Shown: positions 47,179-57,025 of the stretch, one piece after another | How the letters are laid out: each line of letters starts with the position of its first letter | Numbering within the stretch: the stretch's first letter is position 1 | Source of the DNA: an uncultured virus (IMG/VR IMGVR_UViG_3300023236_000004) | Taxonomy: Duplodnaviria; Heunggongvirae; Uroviricota; Caudoviricetes | Virus record (IMG/VR): IMGVR_UViG_3300023236_000004 | Length of the DNA: 64,000 nucleotides | Direction: 5' to 3' (one strand) | Translations under genes and position numbers: made by a program | Notes under the pieces: model-generated | What the model saw: the letters and a program-made list of their open reading frames with translations, nothing else | Told to the model about the DNA's origin: nothing | Databases searched by the model: none

Positions 47179-47599
47179 ACATCCAAGTCAACGGTTGCAC
47201 AAAATTAAAGTAGCGTCCTTGATCGTTGTCATACGTTCCTGACTGCACTATATTGCAATTTAACACCTGCTGTACTGTAAAAAAGAGGTTTTTACTGTCT
47301 GTGTTACTAGCAGTGTCGTATGTTATTGTAGTATCATTGCCTAATATAAAATAGCGATTAATGCCCAAATAAAATGTTTTGTATTCAGCTAACTGCTGTA
47401 CAAAATCAATAAAATCCGACAACAATCCGGGCTGATTAAACACTGCCACAGCATGTTCACTGTCGGTATCTAAAGTTAATTTCCTAGCAAAATCAGGGTC
47501 GTTCCCTATGTAATTTACAGCAGTATCCTTGTATAAGTCTAAGATAATTTGGTCTTGGTCACAGTTGCTATCGCCTAATTGTATAGTGCGCCAACTCAT
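47165..47599 (-). CDS. Hypothetical protein
   Basis: 144-aa ORF with ATGA overlap to gp47. Confidence 0.65.
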   Translation of the reverse strand: MSWRTIQLGDSNCDQDQIILDLYKDTAVNYIGNDPDFARKLTLDTDSEHAVAVFNQPGLLSDFIDFVQQLAEYKTFYLGINRYFILGNDTTITYDTASNTDSKNLFFTVQQVLNCNIVQSGTYDNDQGRYFNFVQPLTWMYATN

Positions 47600-48615
47600 A
47601 AATTTCTATAGATGTCTAACAGCATGTTCGGACTATACTGTTCACTATTGATATTTGTTAGTTGATCAGTAACAATAGTATCTACACTTTCGAATTTAAT
47701 ATTACCCTGTGTGTCAAATGAGATATCGTCGCCTATGTGCTTTTGTGGTATAAGAGTAATCTCTCTTAGTTTGTATGTGTTTACAAACGTTTCTTTGATA
47801 AAGGTAGCTTCTTCGTAACTGATATCCACATCCAAATCAACACGTACATGCATGCCTGGCTGTAGCCTCGCTTCTGTGTTCTGCAATAAATCACTTAGTT
47901 GGTATACACGATAACGTGGCTGTTCGTCCCAACTAAAGTATTCTGGATCCTCTCCCCACTCTAACACCATCATGCCACGTTGATCATCTGCGGCGTCAGC
48001 ATAGTTGTGTGGGAAACAGTTGCCAATGTAGTGTATGTTGCGTTGCACTTGGCGTTTGTGAAAGTGCCCAGTGAACACAGTCTCAATACCGCCAAATGCT
48101 TCTGCTTTGATTTCACCATGATCTGGCATCTGCACCATAGCATTCATAAAGAAGTTGGGCAACTCAAAGTGCCCAAACATGTACTTGCCTGAATACTTGG
48201 GCACACGTTTGTAGTCTTCGCCTACCATCCATGGTGCAAAGATAACATCGCCTTCTTGTTGCCAATCGTTCATGATATGCACATTGGACAAGTGTCTAGC
48301 CCACTCTACACTCTGCACATCACGCTTGTCTCTGTAGTACAAGTCGTGGTTGCCTGGGATAAAGAACACATGATCAAAATTGTTGTTTAGATGCTCTAGT
48401 GCACGTAAACTGTAGTTAAGAGTAACAATGTTGATACTGGCACGATTATTATGCCAGTCACCTGTAAAAATACAAGTTTCACAACCTTCTTGTTTAGCCT
48501 TTGCAGTAAACCACTTGATAAAGTTTAAACAGTCCTCGTTGTGTTGAGTGCTATTGCTTTTTAATCCGAAGTGGATATCTGTGCATACAGCGGCTTTTTT
48601 AAATAGATTAGTCAT
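47596..48615 (-). CDS. gp47: Recombination nuclease, Mre11/SbcD-like
   Basis: DIHFG, GDWH, GNHD, GHFE and GHFH metallophosphoesterase motifs. Confidence 0.95.
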   Translation of the reverse strand: MTNLFKKAAVCTDIHFGLKSNSTQHNEDCLNFIKWFTAKAKQEGCETCIFTGDWHNNRASINIVTLNYSLRALEHLNNNFDHVFFIPGNHDLYYRDKRDVQSVEWARHLSNVHIMNDWQQEGDVIFAPWMVGEDYKRVPKYSGKYMFGHFELPNFFMNAMVQMPDHGEIKAEAFGGIETVFTGHFHKRQVQRNIHYIGNCFPHNYADAADDQRGMMVLEWGEDPEYFSWDEQPRYRVYQLSDLLQNTEARLQPGMHVRVDLDVDISYEEATFIKETFVNTYKLREITLIPQKHIGDDISFDTQGNIKFESVDTIVTDQLTNINSEQYSPNMLLDIYRNL

Positions 48616-48621
48616 CTAATA

Positions 48622-48650
48622 ATTATAACACATAAAGTTGTATATGCCAA
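48622..48650 (-). promoter_or_regulatory. sigma70 promoter TTGGCA-17-TATAAT (with TG extension) for gp47
   Basis: -10 at 48622..48627, only 6 nt from the ATG. Confidence 0.65.
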
Positions 48651-48660
48651 AGTCTTTGGC

Positions 48661-49521
48661 TTATTTGCCTGAGTTCTGTCTGGTATGGCTAGGAGTTAGA
48701 TTATTCATCTCCAATATATCATCACGCAAATTTTGGTTACGCTTTTCCATATTTAACACTCTAGTAAAACTATTTGTAATCGCGGCAGTGTAGTATGCAA
48801 ACGGGTTTTGACTTTTTGACTCATCAAATTGCAATCCAATTTGGCTTAACTGCACAAGTGCAGTGCTACGCATTTCGTCGTTGTATGTGTAACCACGCCA
48901 GTTTGACCGAGTAGCATAGCGTTCGCATAACTTAATAAACATGTGAGCTAGCTTGTTTGTCATAGTGCCATGATCTTTTGAAAACTCGCCCGTTTCTAAA
49001 TCACCAATCCAATGACTCTTACATACTAGGTATGGCTCACCTTCTTGGGTAATTCTGTAGTGGAAGAAAGGTGGGAAGTTACATCTAACATGTTTTTTCG
49101 CTACAGGGATATCATCTGGTATTTCGTTCTCTTGATCAACATGATCATCATTGTCAATGAATAATTTTTTTATCTCTTTCTTTTTCCTCTTGCCACCATT
49201 TGGGTCAAGTGGTATGTGTTCGAAAGTCATAATTCTAAACACAACGTCTGTAGCAGGCACATCACGAGTGTTTACCTTAAACTCGTCTAATTTAAGTTTT
49301 ACTGTTGACTCTAGTTGTGCGGCATCAAAAGCGGCCCTGCCTAAACGTTCAGCACGTAGTTTGCGCCCTTCTGCTATGTTTGTTTTGTTGATTCGCTCAA
49401 CACCAGGGAGAATAATATCAAAGTCACCGTTTTCTGATGTTGTGGATTTGCAGTATGTTTTCTTGCTTTTGTGTATCTCTTTCAGTATATCTCTGTTGTT
49501 GAGATAGTTTTGTTTTCTCAT
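48661..49521 (-). CDS. gp55: Late-transcription sigma factor with a large insertion
   Basis: NYLNN.D.L.EI...L...YA.R.NW.GYTY.DEM...FD..KS.NPFAYYT....NSF.R.L..EK. Confidence 0.88.
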   Translation of the reverse strand: MRKQNYLNNRDILKEIHKSKKTYCKSTTSENGDFDIILPGVERINKTNIAEGRKLRAERLGRAAFDAAQLESTVKLKLDEFKVNTRDVPATDVVFRIMTFEHIPLDPNGGKRKKKEIKKLFIDNDDHVDQENEIPDDIPVAKKHVRCNFPPFFHYRITQEGEPYLVCKSHWIGDLETGEFSKDHGTMTNKLAHMFIKLCERYATRSNWRGYTYNDEMRSTALVQLSQIGLQFDESKSQNPFAYYTAAITNSFTRVLNMEKRNQNLRDDILEMNNLTPSHTRQNSGK

Positions 49522-49592
49522 GGAATGCATTCCTTTATATAAGCATATAATTTAACAGATAAATATCTAAAGAGCAAGAGGAATCTAAAAAA

Positions 49593-50534
49593 ATGGCAGT
49601 CGTTAAATCTGGAATATTTTCCAATCCTGGTACAGGGTTCGGTACTACTAATAGAAAAACTAATCAGAGTCCTAACGGACCTCGCGGCGGAATCAGCGAC
49701 GCTGATTTTGCGTTTCTAAACGGTAAATCAAATAATAGGACAGCCGCTATTCCACCAAACCCTAACCCGCAACAGACCAGACTAGCTGGAGCAAAATTAG
49801 CCCCCGGGGGCGGCCAGAAATTTGATGGCAAACTAGTGTCGGGCCTCTTACCACCAGGCGCTGAAACGCGAGAAGTTGGTATTGATGGCGTGGTTACTTT
49901 TGCCGATGGCGGAAGTCAGGTGCCTGACGCAAATAGCGGAAACAATGGTGATTGGCGTGTGAGAGTCAGCGTTTCCCCGAACGCAAACATACTATACAGA
50001 GCTGGCGGAGATATTATGTTTCCGTTGCTGAATACTGACGGGGTAATATTTCCTTATGCTCCTACTCTGACAATACAGCAGACAGCAAAATACAACTCCA
50101 CTAATCTAACACACAGTAACTACACAAATTACTTTTATCAAAGCAGTGAAGTGCAAGCTATTTCTATTGCAGGAGAATTCTCCGCACAAACATCTGTTGA
50201 TGCAGACTATGTGTTAGCAACACTACACTTTTTTAGATCAGCAACAAAAATGTTTTTTGGTAATTCAGGAGAATTCCAAGGATCACCGCCACCGATAGTA
50301 TACTTGGATGGATACGGTAAACACTATTTGCCACATGTTCCGTGCTTGATTACTAATTTTTCACATACAATGCCACCTGGCGTAGACTATATATCAGCGA
50401 GTAACGGACAACGTATTCCTACATTGAGTAACATAATGATTTCTCTACAACCAGTATACAGCCGTAAGCGACAATTGGAATTCTCCTTTGAACAATTTGC
50501 AGCCGGCCAACAGCTAGATAAAGGATTCATTTAA
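49593..50534 (+). CDS. Baseplate/tail-tube initiator-type protein (gp48/gp54-like)
   Basis: VIFPY.P.....A.Y......H.NY....Y..S....I.I.GEF...HF.RS.TKMF.G....G.PPP...L.GYG. GATAAATA at 49558..49565. Confidence 0.6.
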   Translation: MAVVKSGIFSNPGTGFGTTNRKTNQSPNGPRGGISDADFAFLNGKSNNRTAAIPPNPNPQQTRLAGAKLAPGGGQKFDGKLVSGLLPPGAETREVGIDGVVTFADGGSQVPDANSGNNGDWRVRVSVSPNANILYRAGGDIMFPLLNTDGVIFPYAPTLTIQQTAKYNSTNLTHSNYTNYFYQSSEVQAISIAGEFSAQTSVDADYVLATLHFFRSATKMFFGNSGEFQGSPPPIVYLDGYGKHYLPHVPCLITNFSHTMPPGVDYISASNGQRIPTLSNIMISLQPVYSRKRQLEFSFEQFAAGQQLDKGFI

Positions 50535-50839
50535 TGGCAAACGTAAAGTATTCAACATCGAGTCCGTATGCCAGCACTAATGTGTCTGGCAATTACCTTG
50601 ACGTTATGGTTAATAGACCAATAACCAAGAGAGCAGATGATGTGTTGTATGAAATAGACAAGGTTTACGATTTACGTCCGGACATATTAGCGTTCGACTT
50701 GTATGGCGACAGTAGACTATGGTGGGTATTTGCACAACGCAACCCTAACGTACTTAAAGATCCTTTGCGTGATTTCAGACCAGGCGCACAAATATATATC
50801 CCCAAGAAAACAACTCTCCAATCAGATTTGGGAGTCTAA
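50534..50839 (+). CDS. gp53: Baseplate wedge protein, gp53/LysM-like
   Basis: RPDILAFDLYGDSRLWWVFAQRN...DF..G..IYIP. Confidence 0.85.
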   Translation: MANVKYSTSSPYASTNVSGNYLDVMVNRPITKRADDVLYEIDKVYDLRPDILAFDLYGDSRLWWVFAQRNPNVLKDPLRDFRPGAQIYIPKKTTLQSDLGV

Positions 50840-50842
50840 TAG

Positions 50843-53581
50843 GTGGCATTCATACCAAACAGAATTGATGAGATAGAGCAACGACTCAATCGAATCGATG
50901 GAAGAAGAGAGAGCCTAGAACTTCAGATTGAAGGCAAAAATAAAATTGGAGCTGACCCTTTCTTTGATGTGAGAATCCTTAGAGATTTAAACAGGGAAGC
51001 AGAAGCTCTCAGCGCAGAACTTAATGCGTTAAAAAATCAACAAGGCGATCAAAACAGCGCCAAGGGACAAACTGCTGAATCTCAAGTAGAAAACACAGAA
51101 GCTCCTGCATTCAAAGGCGAAGGAGTACAAGCATTTACGTCCGAGCCAGAACCGTTAACTGACGAAGAAGAAAACAAAGCCGCAGGAGCGGTATTTAATC
51201 CAGACGGAGAAGCAGTTGCATTTGGTCAAGAGCGTCCTGCTGTAGTAAGCAATGAGGACGATGGGTTTGACGGTAGACTAGTTGGAGAAGGTGAACTACA
51301 ATTGGGTTCACAATCAGACAAAACCAGTGATGCCAACACAAAGCAGAATGAACTTTCACAACAAGCGGCAGTATCCCAAGATGATCTGAAACGCACAAAT
51401 GTCCTGCATGACTATGCAAGTAGCACATATAGAATTAGCCTATACCTTTTAACCAGGGATGATTATAACGACTTGACTGAGAATCCAGGTAGTTTTGTAC
51501 CTAAAAACTTGTTGGTACAAAGTGGAGGCGGAGAACTAAACAATAGACATCCTGATTTCAAAGTTAACTTTGGCATTGATAATTTTAAAATGTTTACGGT
51601 GGTTGGATTGAATGCCAGCTCACGTGCAAGTAATACACTTACGTTTGACTTTGACATCATAGAACCGTATGGCATGACTTTCCTGGACAGGTTAATAAGT
51701 GCGAATATTACAACAGGTGATGGAAACTACTTGGCGCAACCTTACATGTTGCAAATTGACTTTCTTGGAAATGCAAGTGATCCAGACGGTAACAATTTTA
51801 TTATTGACACCAAACGTATTCCCATAAAGTTTCTAAATATGAAAATTGCACCGGGTGAAGGAAATACCGAGTACAAGATTAATGCCATAGCATATAATCA
51901 CTCTCCGTTTCAACAGACAACAGCATCTATCCCTAAAATGCTTACAGTCAGAGCAGGAACTGTTGGGGAGTTCTTTGGTAATTCAGAAGAAGGCGACACA
52001 ACTTCTAGTTTCCCGGCCAGTATTAACGAATGGTATAGAAGCACCAGTGGCCCTGATACAAATTTTAAATTCCCCAGATTAACTGTTAAATTTAACGTCG
52101 ATCCGTTATTTGCTGACAGCAAGATAGTTAATCCTTTAACAGCAGAACTTAAAACAGTACCTATGGCGGCGAGTGTAATTCCTGGTCTTCAAGCGCAAGC
52201 GTCATTTGGTGACGGAAAAATACCAAAAGCCAGAACAGAGCAAACTTTCCCTATACAGCAAGGAACAAATATCAATAGCGTTATTGACATGGTAATGCAA
52301 AAGAGTAACTACATAACAGATCAAGTAAAAGAGTTTAACGGGCGTGCAGGTGCAGACGAAAGTCTTGATGAATTTAAATTCCTAAACTGGTATAAGATTA
52401 TACCAGAGGTTAAGTTAAATGAATATGATAACGGAGATGCGCAGGACTATGCAATGGAAGTTACATATAATATCGTGCCCTATATTACTGCAAATACAAA
52501 TCATCCCGACTTTGCTAAAACAAAGATAGCAAAAGACAATGTTGTTCGTACATACAATTATAGATACACAGGAAAAAATACCGATATTATTGATCTTGAC
52601 ATAACGTTCGACACTGCATTCTATACCGCAAAAACTCAATTCTTCAAGAACAGAGCAGGATCTAGTTTGTCCAAACGTAACGAGACAGATATAAAATCAA
52701 AAGAAAATAAATTTCCGTATATATCAACTGATAAATCCCCTAGAGATCTACCAAGTTCGCTCATTCCTGTGGGAGCAAACGCCCCAGGATCAGGGCAAGT
52801 AAATAGAACCGACGACTTTAAAAGCATTACAGTTACTGATATTGCAAGTAGCATTTACAGCAGGTCTGCTGGAGACATGCTTAGTATTCAAATGAAAATA
52901 ATTGGTGACCCGGCATTTATTAAACAGGATGACATGTACTATAATCCGTCCCGCGGAGGGTACGATGAATTTAAACAAGGCATAACCCCAGAGTTGCCCA
53001 TAAACAATAGTGGACAAATAGTTTTTGATACCAATCAAGTTTATGTGCAACTCCTAGTAAAAAGTGCAACAGATATAGATGATAATGTTGGGATAATGAA
53101 TCCCAATACTGCTGACACACTGTCGTCAGGTTATAAACTAGATTCTACATTTAGTGGAGTATTCAAAGTCCTAACAGTAGAAAGCACACTTTCGCAAGGA
53201 CAGTTTGAGCAAACTATACACATTATTAAAATGCCTAATACACTTACTGATTTTAGTCCCGAGTCAGACGCAGACAACTCTCTACCCGAAGTGCAAGAAA
53301 TTAACAACGTCCTGGGTATACAAGACGACCTAAACTTTGTGTCTGCACCCGAACCTGAAGTACAACAAGTTAACAATGTCTTTGGCATAGCCGGTAACGA
53401 TATCACCGCATTAGTAGAAGCAAGGAACAGTCCCGACCCAGGTGTGTTTCCTATAGTTAACGGAGAAGGTGTTCCGGAATCCGCACAACAGCAGACCCAA
53501 TCATCTAAGGCCAACATAAACAACACAACTGTAGAAATACAACAAAATCCACCTTTTAGTAATCCTGCAGGAATAGCATAA
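50843..53581 (+). CDS. Baseplate hub protein (gp27/VgrG-like)
   Basis: Lies between gp53 and gp5. F.IIEPYG, I.GDP..I, SGVFKVLTVES..SQGQFEQ. Confidence 0.6.
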   Translation: MAFIPNRIDEIEQRLNRIDGRRESLELQIEGKNKIGADPFFDVRILRDLNREAEALSAELNALKNQQGDQNSAKGQTAESQVENTEAPAFKGEGVQAFTSEPEPLTDEEENKAAGAVFNPDGEAVAFGQERPAVVSNEDDGFDGRLVGEGELQLGSQSDKTSDANTKQNELSQQAAVSQDDLKRTNVLHDYASSTYRISLYLLTRDDYNDLTENPGSFVPKNLLVQSGGGELNNRHPDFKVNFGIDNFKMFTVVGLNASSRASNTLTFDFDIIEPYGMTFLDRLISANITTGDGNYLAQPYMLQIDFLGNASDPDGNNFIIDTKRIPIKFLNMKIAPGEGNTEYKINAIAYNHSPFQQTTASIPKMLTVRAGTVGEFFGNSEEGDTTSSFPASINEWYRSTSGPDTNFKFPRLTVKFNVDPLFADSKIVNPLTAELKTVPMAASVIPGLQAQASFGDGKIPKARTEQTFPIQQGTNINSVIDMVMQKSNYITDQVKEFNGRAGADESLDEFKFLNWYKIIPEVKLNEYDNGDAQDYAMEVTYNIVPYITANTNHPDFAKTKIAKDNVVRTYNYRYTGKNTDIIDLDITFDTAFYTAKTQFFKNRAGSSLSKRNETDIKSKENKFPYISTDKSPRDLPSSLIPVGANAPGSGQVNRTDDFKSITVTDIASSIYSRSAGDMLSIQMKIIGDPAFIKQDDMYYNPSRGGYDEFKQGITPELPINNSGQIVFDTNQVYVQLLVKSATDIDDNVGIMNPNTADTLSSGYKLDSTFSGVFKVLTVESTLSQGQFEQTIHIIKMPNTLTDFSPESDADNSLPEVQEINNVLGIQDDLNFVSAPEPEVQQVNNVFGIAGNDITALVEARNSPDPGVFPIVNGEGVPESAQQQTQSSKANINNTTVEIQQNPPFSNPAGIA

Positions 53582-55065
53582 TGGCAAATTCAACAAATAG
53601 AAAACGTATTAATCCACTCTACGATAGAGTCAGTACTTCGGGTATTGTTGTAGACTCTGGGCCTTATATAGGAATTGTTAAAAATAATGTAGACCCTGCG
53701 AGACTAGGCAGACTTGAAGTTTACATTCCAGACCTGTCAGGCCATTTTGAAGGGTCAGACGTAGGCATTACAGTAACTTACGCAAGCCCATTCGGAGGAT
53801 CAACCAGAGGCACAACATCGGACGACAAATTCTTTTCATACGAACAGCAAACTTATGGATTCTGGGCTGTCCCTCCAGACATAGATAATCAAGTATTGGT
53901 TACATTTGTAGCAGGCGACATCAGTAGAGGATACTGGTTTGCGTGTGTTCCCAACGCTGATTCAAGACACATGTTACCGGGCATCAGTAGACTAAAAAAT
54001 GATAAAACAATATTCAAAGGCAGCGGTCTTGAAGGCAGGGGATTAACGGACGGAGACGTTTACTTGCCTGCCAGTGAAGTAAACTTAAACAATGATAAAA
54101 GAAATCAAGATGGCAACCTGTTGAATTTAAAAAGAGTAGCCCATCAGATACAAGCCGAAGTGGTATTACAGCAAGGCTTAGAAACAGATCCTGTCAGAGG
54201 AACAATTACAAGTAGCAGCCAGAGAGAATCACCCAGCAGGGTATTTGGTTTAAGCACACCAGGAAGACCATATCCTGACGTTACAAAAACCGCCGAGTCA
54301 AAGGAAGCAGTTAACGAGCTGTTAAGCAATCCAGACAACCGCACACAAATTAACAATCCGCAGGGACGTTCGGGTGGTCATACACTGGTTATGGATGACG
54401 GTGATATTTACGGTGACAACGATCTAGTAAGATTACGTACTGCTGGCGGCCATACCATATTGATGCATGACACAGAAAACATCATCTATATAACCAACAA
54501 AGACGGAACAGCGTATGTTGAACTAACTCCTAACGGTGCAGTAAATGTGTACAGTGCTAAAACACTAAGTGTACGTAGTGAGTTGGATATTAACCTGCAT
54601 GCAGACGCAAATGTTAACATACAAGCAGGAGACAGTATAAATTGTTTTGCAGAAAAGAACATAGAAGTACAAGCACAACAAAAGCGTGAACGTGTTGCTA
54701 ACGAGCATTTGATGGACGCTGGTAGATACGACTTAAGAGTAGGTGGACAATTGAAAATTAAGTCAGGCACAACCAGTGGGTGGCAAGTTGGCCAAGGAGA
54801 ACTATGGTTAACTGGTACACAAGTACATTTGAACACGTCAGGTAAGTCTGTTGATGTTCCTAACCGTGTAGCACCATTGGAACAATACAAACAAAATGAT
54901 GTAAAGTTTGACCCAACTACTAAACGCTGGGTAATTGATACAGCCAGTACACTTGATAGCATAGCAACGTTTACCCCTACGCACGAACCGTGGTCTAGAG
55001 AGACAGGTGAACTGCAAAGGAATAACGGAACACTGATACCTAGTAAGAAACAACAGGATATATAA
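53581..55065 (+). CDS. gp5: Baseplate central spike, gp5-like (OB fold + beta-helix, no lysozyme domain)
   Basis: G.VKNN.DP.RLGRL.VYIP...YGFW.VPPD....VLV.F..GD...GYW, GHTLVMDD, PTHEPW. Confidence 0.85.
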   Translation: MANSTNRKRINPLYDRVSTSGIVVDSGPYIGIVKNNVDPARLGRLEVYIPDLSGHFEGSDVGITVTYASPFGGSTRGTTSDDKFFSYEQQTYGFWAVPPDIDNQVLVTFVAGDISRGYWFACVPNADSRHMLPGISRLKNDKTIFKGSGLEGRGLTDGDVYLPASEVNLNNDKRNQDGNLLNLKRVAHQIQAEVVLQQGLETDPVRGTITSSSQRESPSRVFGLSTPGRPYPDVTKTAESKEAVNELLSNPDNRTQINNPQGRSGGHTLVMDDGDIYGDNDLVRLRTAGGHTILMHDTENIIYITNKDGTAYVELTPNGAVNVYSAKTLSVRSELDINLHADANVNIQAGDSINCFAEKNIEVQAQQKRERVANEHLMDAGRYDLRVGGQLKIKSGTTSGWQVGQGELWLTGTQVHLNTSGKSVDVPNRVAPLEQYKQNDVKFDPTTKRWVIDTASTLDSIATFTPTHEPWSRETGELQRNNGTLIPSKKQQDI

Positions 55066-56576
55066 TGGCTATTCCAAATCAAGGCATTATTGTAGCCAAG
55101 CAAGCACCAAGGACAAACCAATTGGCTCCGAGGAGCATATTAAACTTGCCCAGTGCGGCACTTGGTGTTTCGATAGATAGTATAAGTCCTGGTATTCCTG
55201 GTCTACGCCGGAATAGTATTAAAGGATTGATGACACAAATTGCTTATATGGAAACAGGTAATAACTTAGCCTACAGCCTAGGTCCAAGATTTGGTAGATA
55301 CGCTGTACATATAAAGACCCTAATTAATTATGGTTATCTGATAGAAAATGGCGAAGTATGGTCAGGCAAAGATGGCATTGACTCGATCGCAACTTTCCTA
55401 AGTAATCAAGCAGTGCAAGATAGCATAATGGAACGGTATCTAACTGAACAATACAAAGCATGCATAGACGCAAGAGTTATCACAGTCGGGGACACTGGTG
55501 ATATTATTTGTGGTATTCTTGCTGTGGCATACCAGTTCCAGGATCATATATCCACCTATCGCACCAGTTTTACTGTGCCTGACGAAGTATATATTACTGC
55601 TAATGTTTCTCGAGTGAGTAATGTTGCATTCATAAACACCTTCCCTGCTACGCACAGTTTTGGTTCAGGAAGAACTGTAACAGTGGATACAAATCTAGGT
55701 AAATCTAATCTAGCCGACGTACTACTCACTTCGCTTAACGGGGTTAAAACAGTCGGCAATGTAATAAACTTGTTTGAATTTGACTACAGTGATCCACACC
55801 AAGGCAACGCAAACATTGTTGTTACAGTTGACACAGGAACTGTCACCAGTTCAGCACAATACCCTGTTAGCAGTATCGGCAGTGCAAACGATTCGTTAAG
55901 TGACGTATCTCCAACAGGATTAAGAACACTGTTTGTGCAAGGATTACCTGTGCAGGTGTCGGGTGCTGGAACTTATAATGGTATATACGAAATACACACC
56001 ATGACAGACACTGTAAACAACAGTACATTCAGATTAGGAAAAGCAATTACCAGTAACATTGCGACAGGAACAGTGTCAAGGTTACGAAACACAGACTTGA
56101 GTTATGTTATTGCTCGCACATCAAATCTTGCTATCAACTTGGCAAACACGTTAAGTTATTTGGGCAGTGCAGATACAGCATACCAGCAATATGTTGACAG
56201 TGGCATAGCAGACATAGCAAGTAAGTTTACGCTAACTTCCGCAACTCCACTAAGCGAAAGAAAACTATACTCCACTGTTGAAGATTTGACTAACGTTGCA
56301 ATAAGAACAACACAAGTTGTACAAAGTGCGTTGTTTGCAAACGTAGAAGGACTAGCAAAGCTCAGGGCTATAAATTCAGCAGGAGCAAATATTGGTATTC
56401 TTGATTCAAGAATATCTAGTGTATACACAACAGTAATATCTTCCAAGGTTAAAGAATGGAAACAAAATGCAGATTTGGTAGTAGACAGCCAAGATAGACC
56501 TGGGTCATTGTTTTTTAATGCTGGCAGATATGCTTTTAATACATTAGGCGTCGGAGTTGTTCTTTCCGACAGTTAA
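55065..56576 (+). CDS. Baseplate-associated protein with possible lysozyme-like domain
   Basis: IAYMETG...GRY...L...GY...W.GKDG..S...FL.N...QD, plus C-terminal FNAGRYA. Located between gp5 and gp25. Confidence 0.45.
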   Translation: MAIPNQGIIVAKQAPRTNQLAPRSILNLPSAALGVSIDSISPGIPGLRRNSIKGLMTQIAYMETGNNLAYSLGPRFGRYAVHIKTLINYGYLIENGEVWSGKDGIDSIATFLSNQAVQDSIMERYLTEQYKACIDARVITVGDTGDIICGILAVAYQFQDHISTYRTSFTVPDEVYITANVSRVSNVAFINTFPATHSFGSGRTVTVDTNLGKSNLADVLLTSLNGVKTVGNVINLFEFDYSDPHQGNANIVVTVDTGTVTSSAQYPVSSIGSANDSLSDVSPTGLRTLFVQGLPVQVSGAGTYNGIYEIHTMTDTVNNSTFRLGKAITSNIATGTVSRLRNTDLSYVIARTSNLAINLANTLSYLGSADTAYQQYVDSGIADIASKFTLTSATPLSERKLYSTVEDLTNVAIRTTQVVQSALFANVEGLAKLRAINSAGANIGILDSRISSVYTTVISSKVKEWKQNADLVVDSQDRPGSLFFNAGRYAFNTLGVGVVLSDS

Positions 56577-56593
56577 ACGGAGTAAATATACAT

Positions 56594-56971
56594 ATGGCTA
56601 TACGATATAGAGGTTTCAGTACTGTTGGTAGAGTTAAAAAGTTCCATCTTAATGACTTTGAATTGGTCAGGCAGGACTTAATTAATCACTTCAACATAAA
56701 CAAAGGGCAAAAGTTAATGAATCCAAATTTTGGTACAATAATTTGGGGACTCCTTTACGAACCTATGACAGCGGATCTAAAATCAGTGCTAATTGACGAT
56801 ATTACTCGCATTGTTAAATACGACCCAAGATTACGTGCGGATAGGGTAATTATTAACGAATTTGAACAAGGTCTCAACGTAGATATTGAACTAACATTCC
56901 TACCCGGAAACTTTTCCTCCAGCCTAAAGTTAGAGTTTAATTCAAACAGTCAGGAAGTAGCAGTAGTATAA
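56594..56971 (+). CDS. gp25: Baseplate wedge subunit
   Basis: D..LV.QDL.NHF.I.KG.K.MNP.FGT.IW.LLYEP....I..IV.YDPR. Confidence 0.9.
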   Translation: MAIRYRGFSTVGRVKKFHLNDFELVRQDLINHFNINKGQKLMNPNFGTIIWGLLYEPMTADLKSVLIDDITRIVKYDPRLRADRVIINEFEQGLNVDIELTFLPGNFSSSLKLEFNSNSQEVAVV

Positions 56972-57025
56972 TAATAGCATATTTTAAACGCCATAAATAC
57001 TGAATACACAGGTATTAATGACAAT

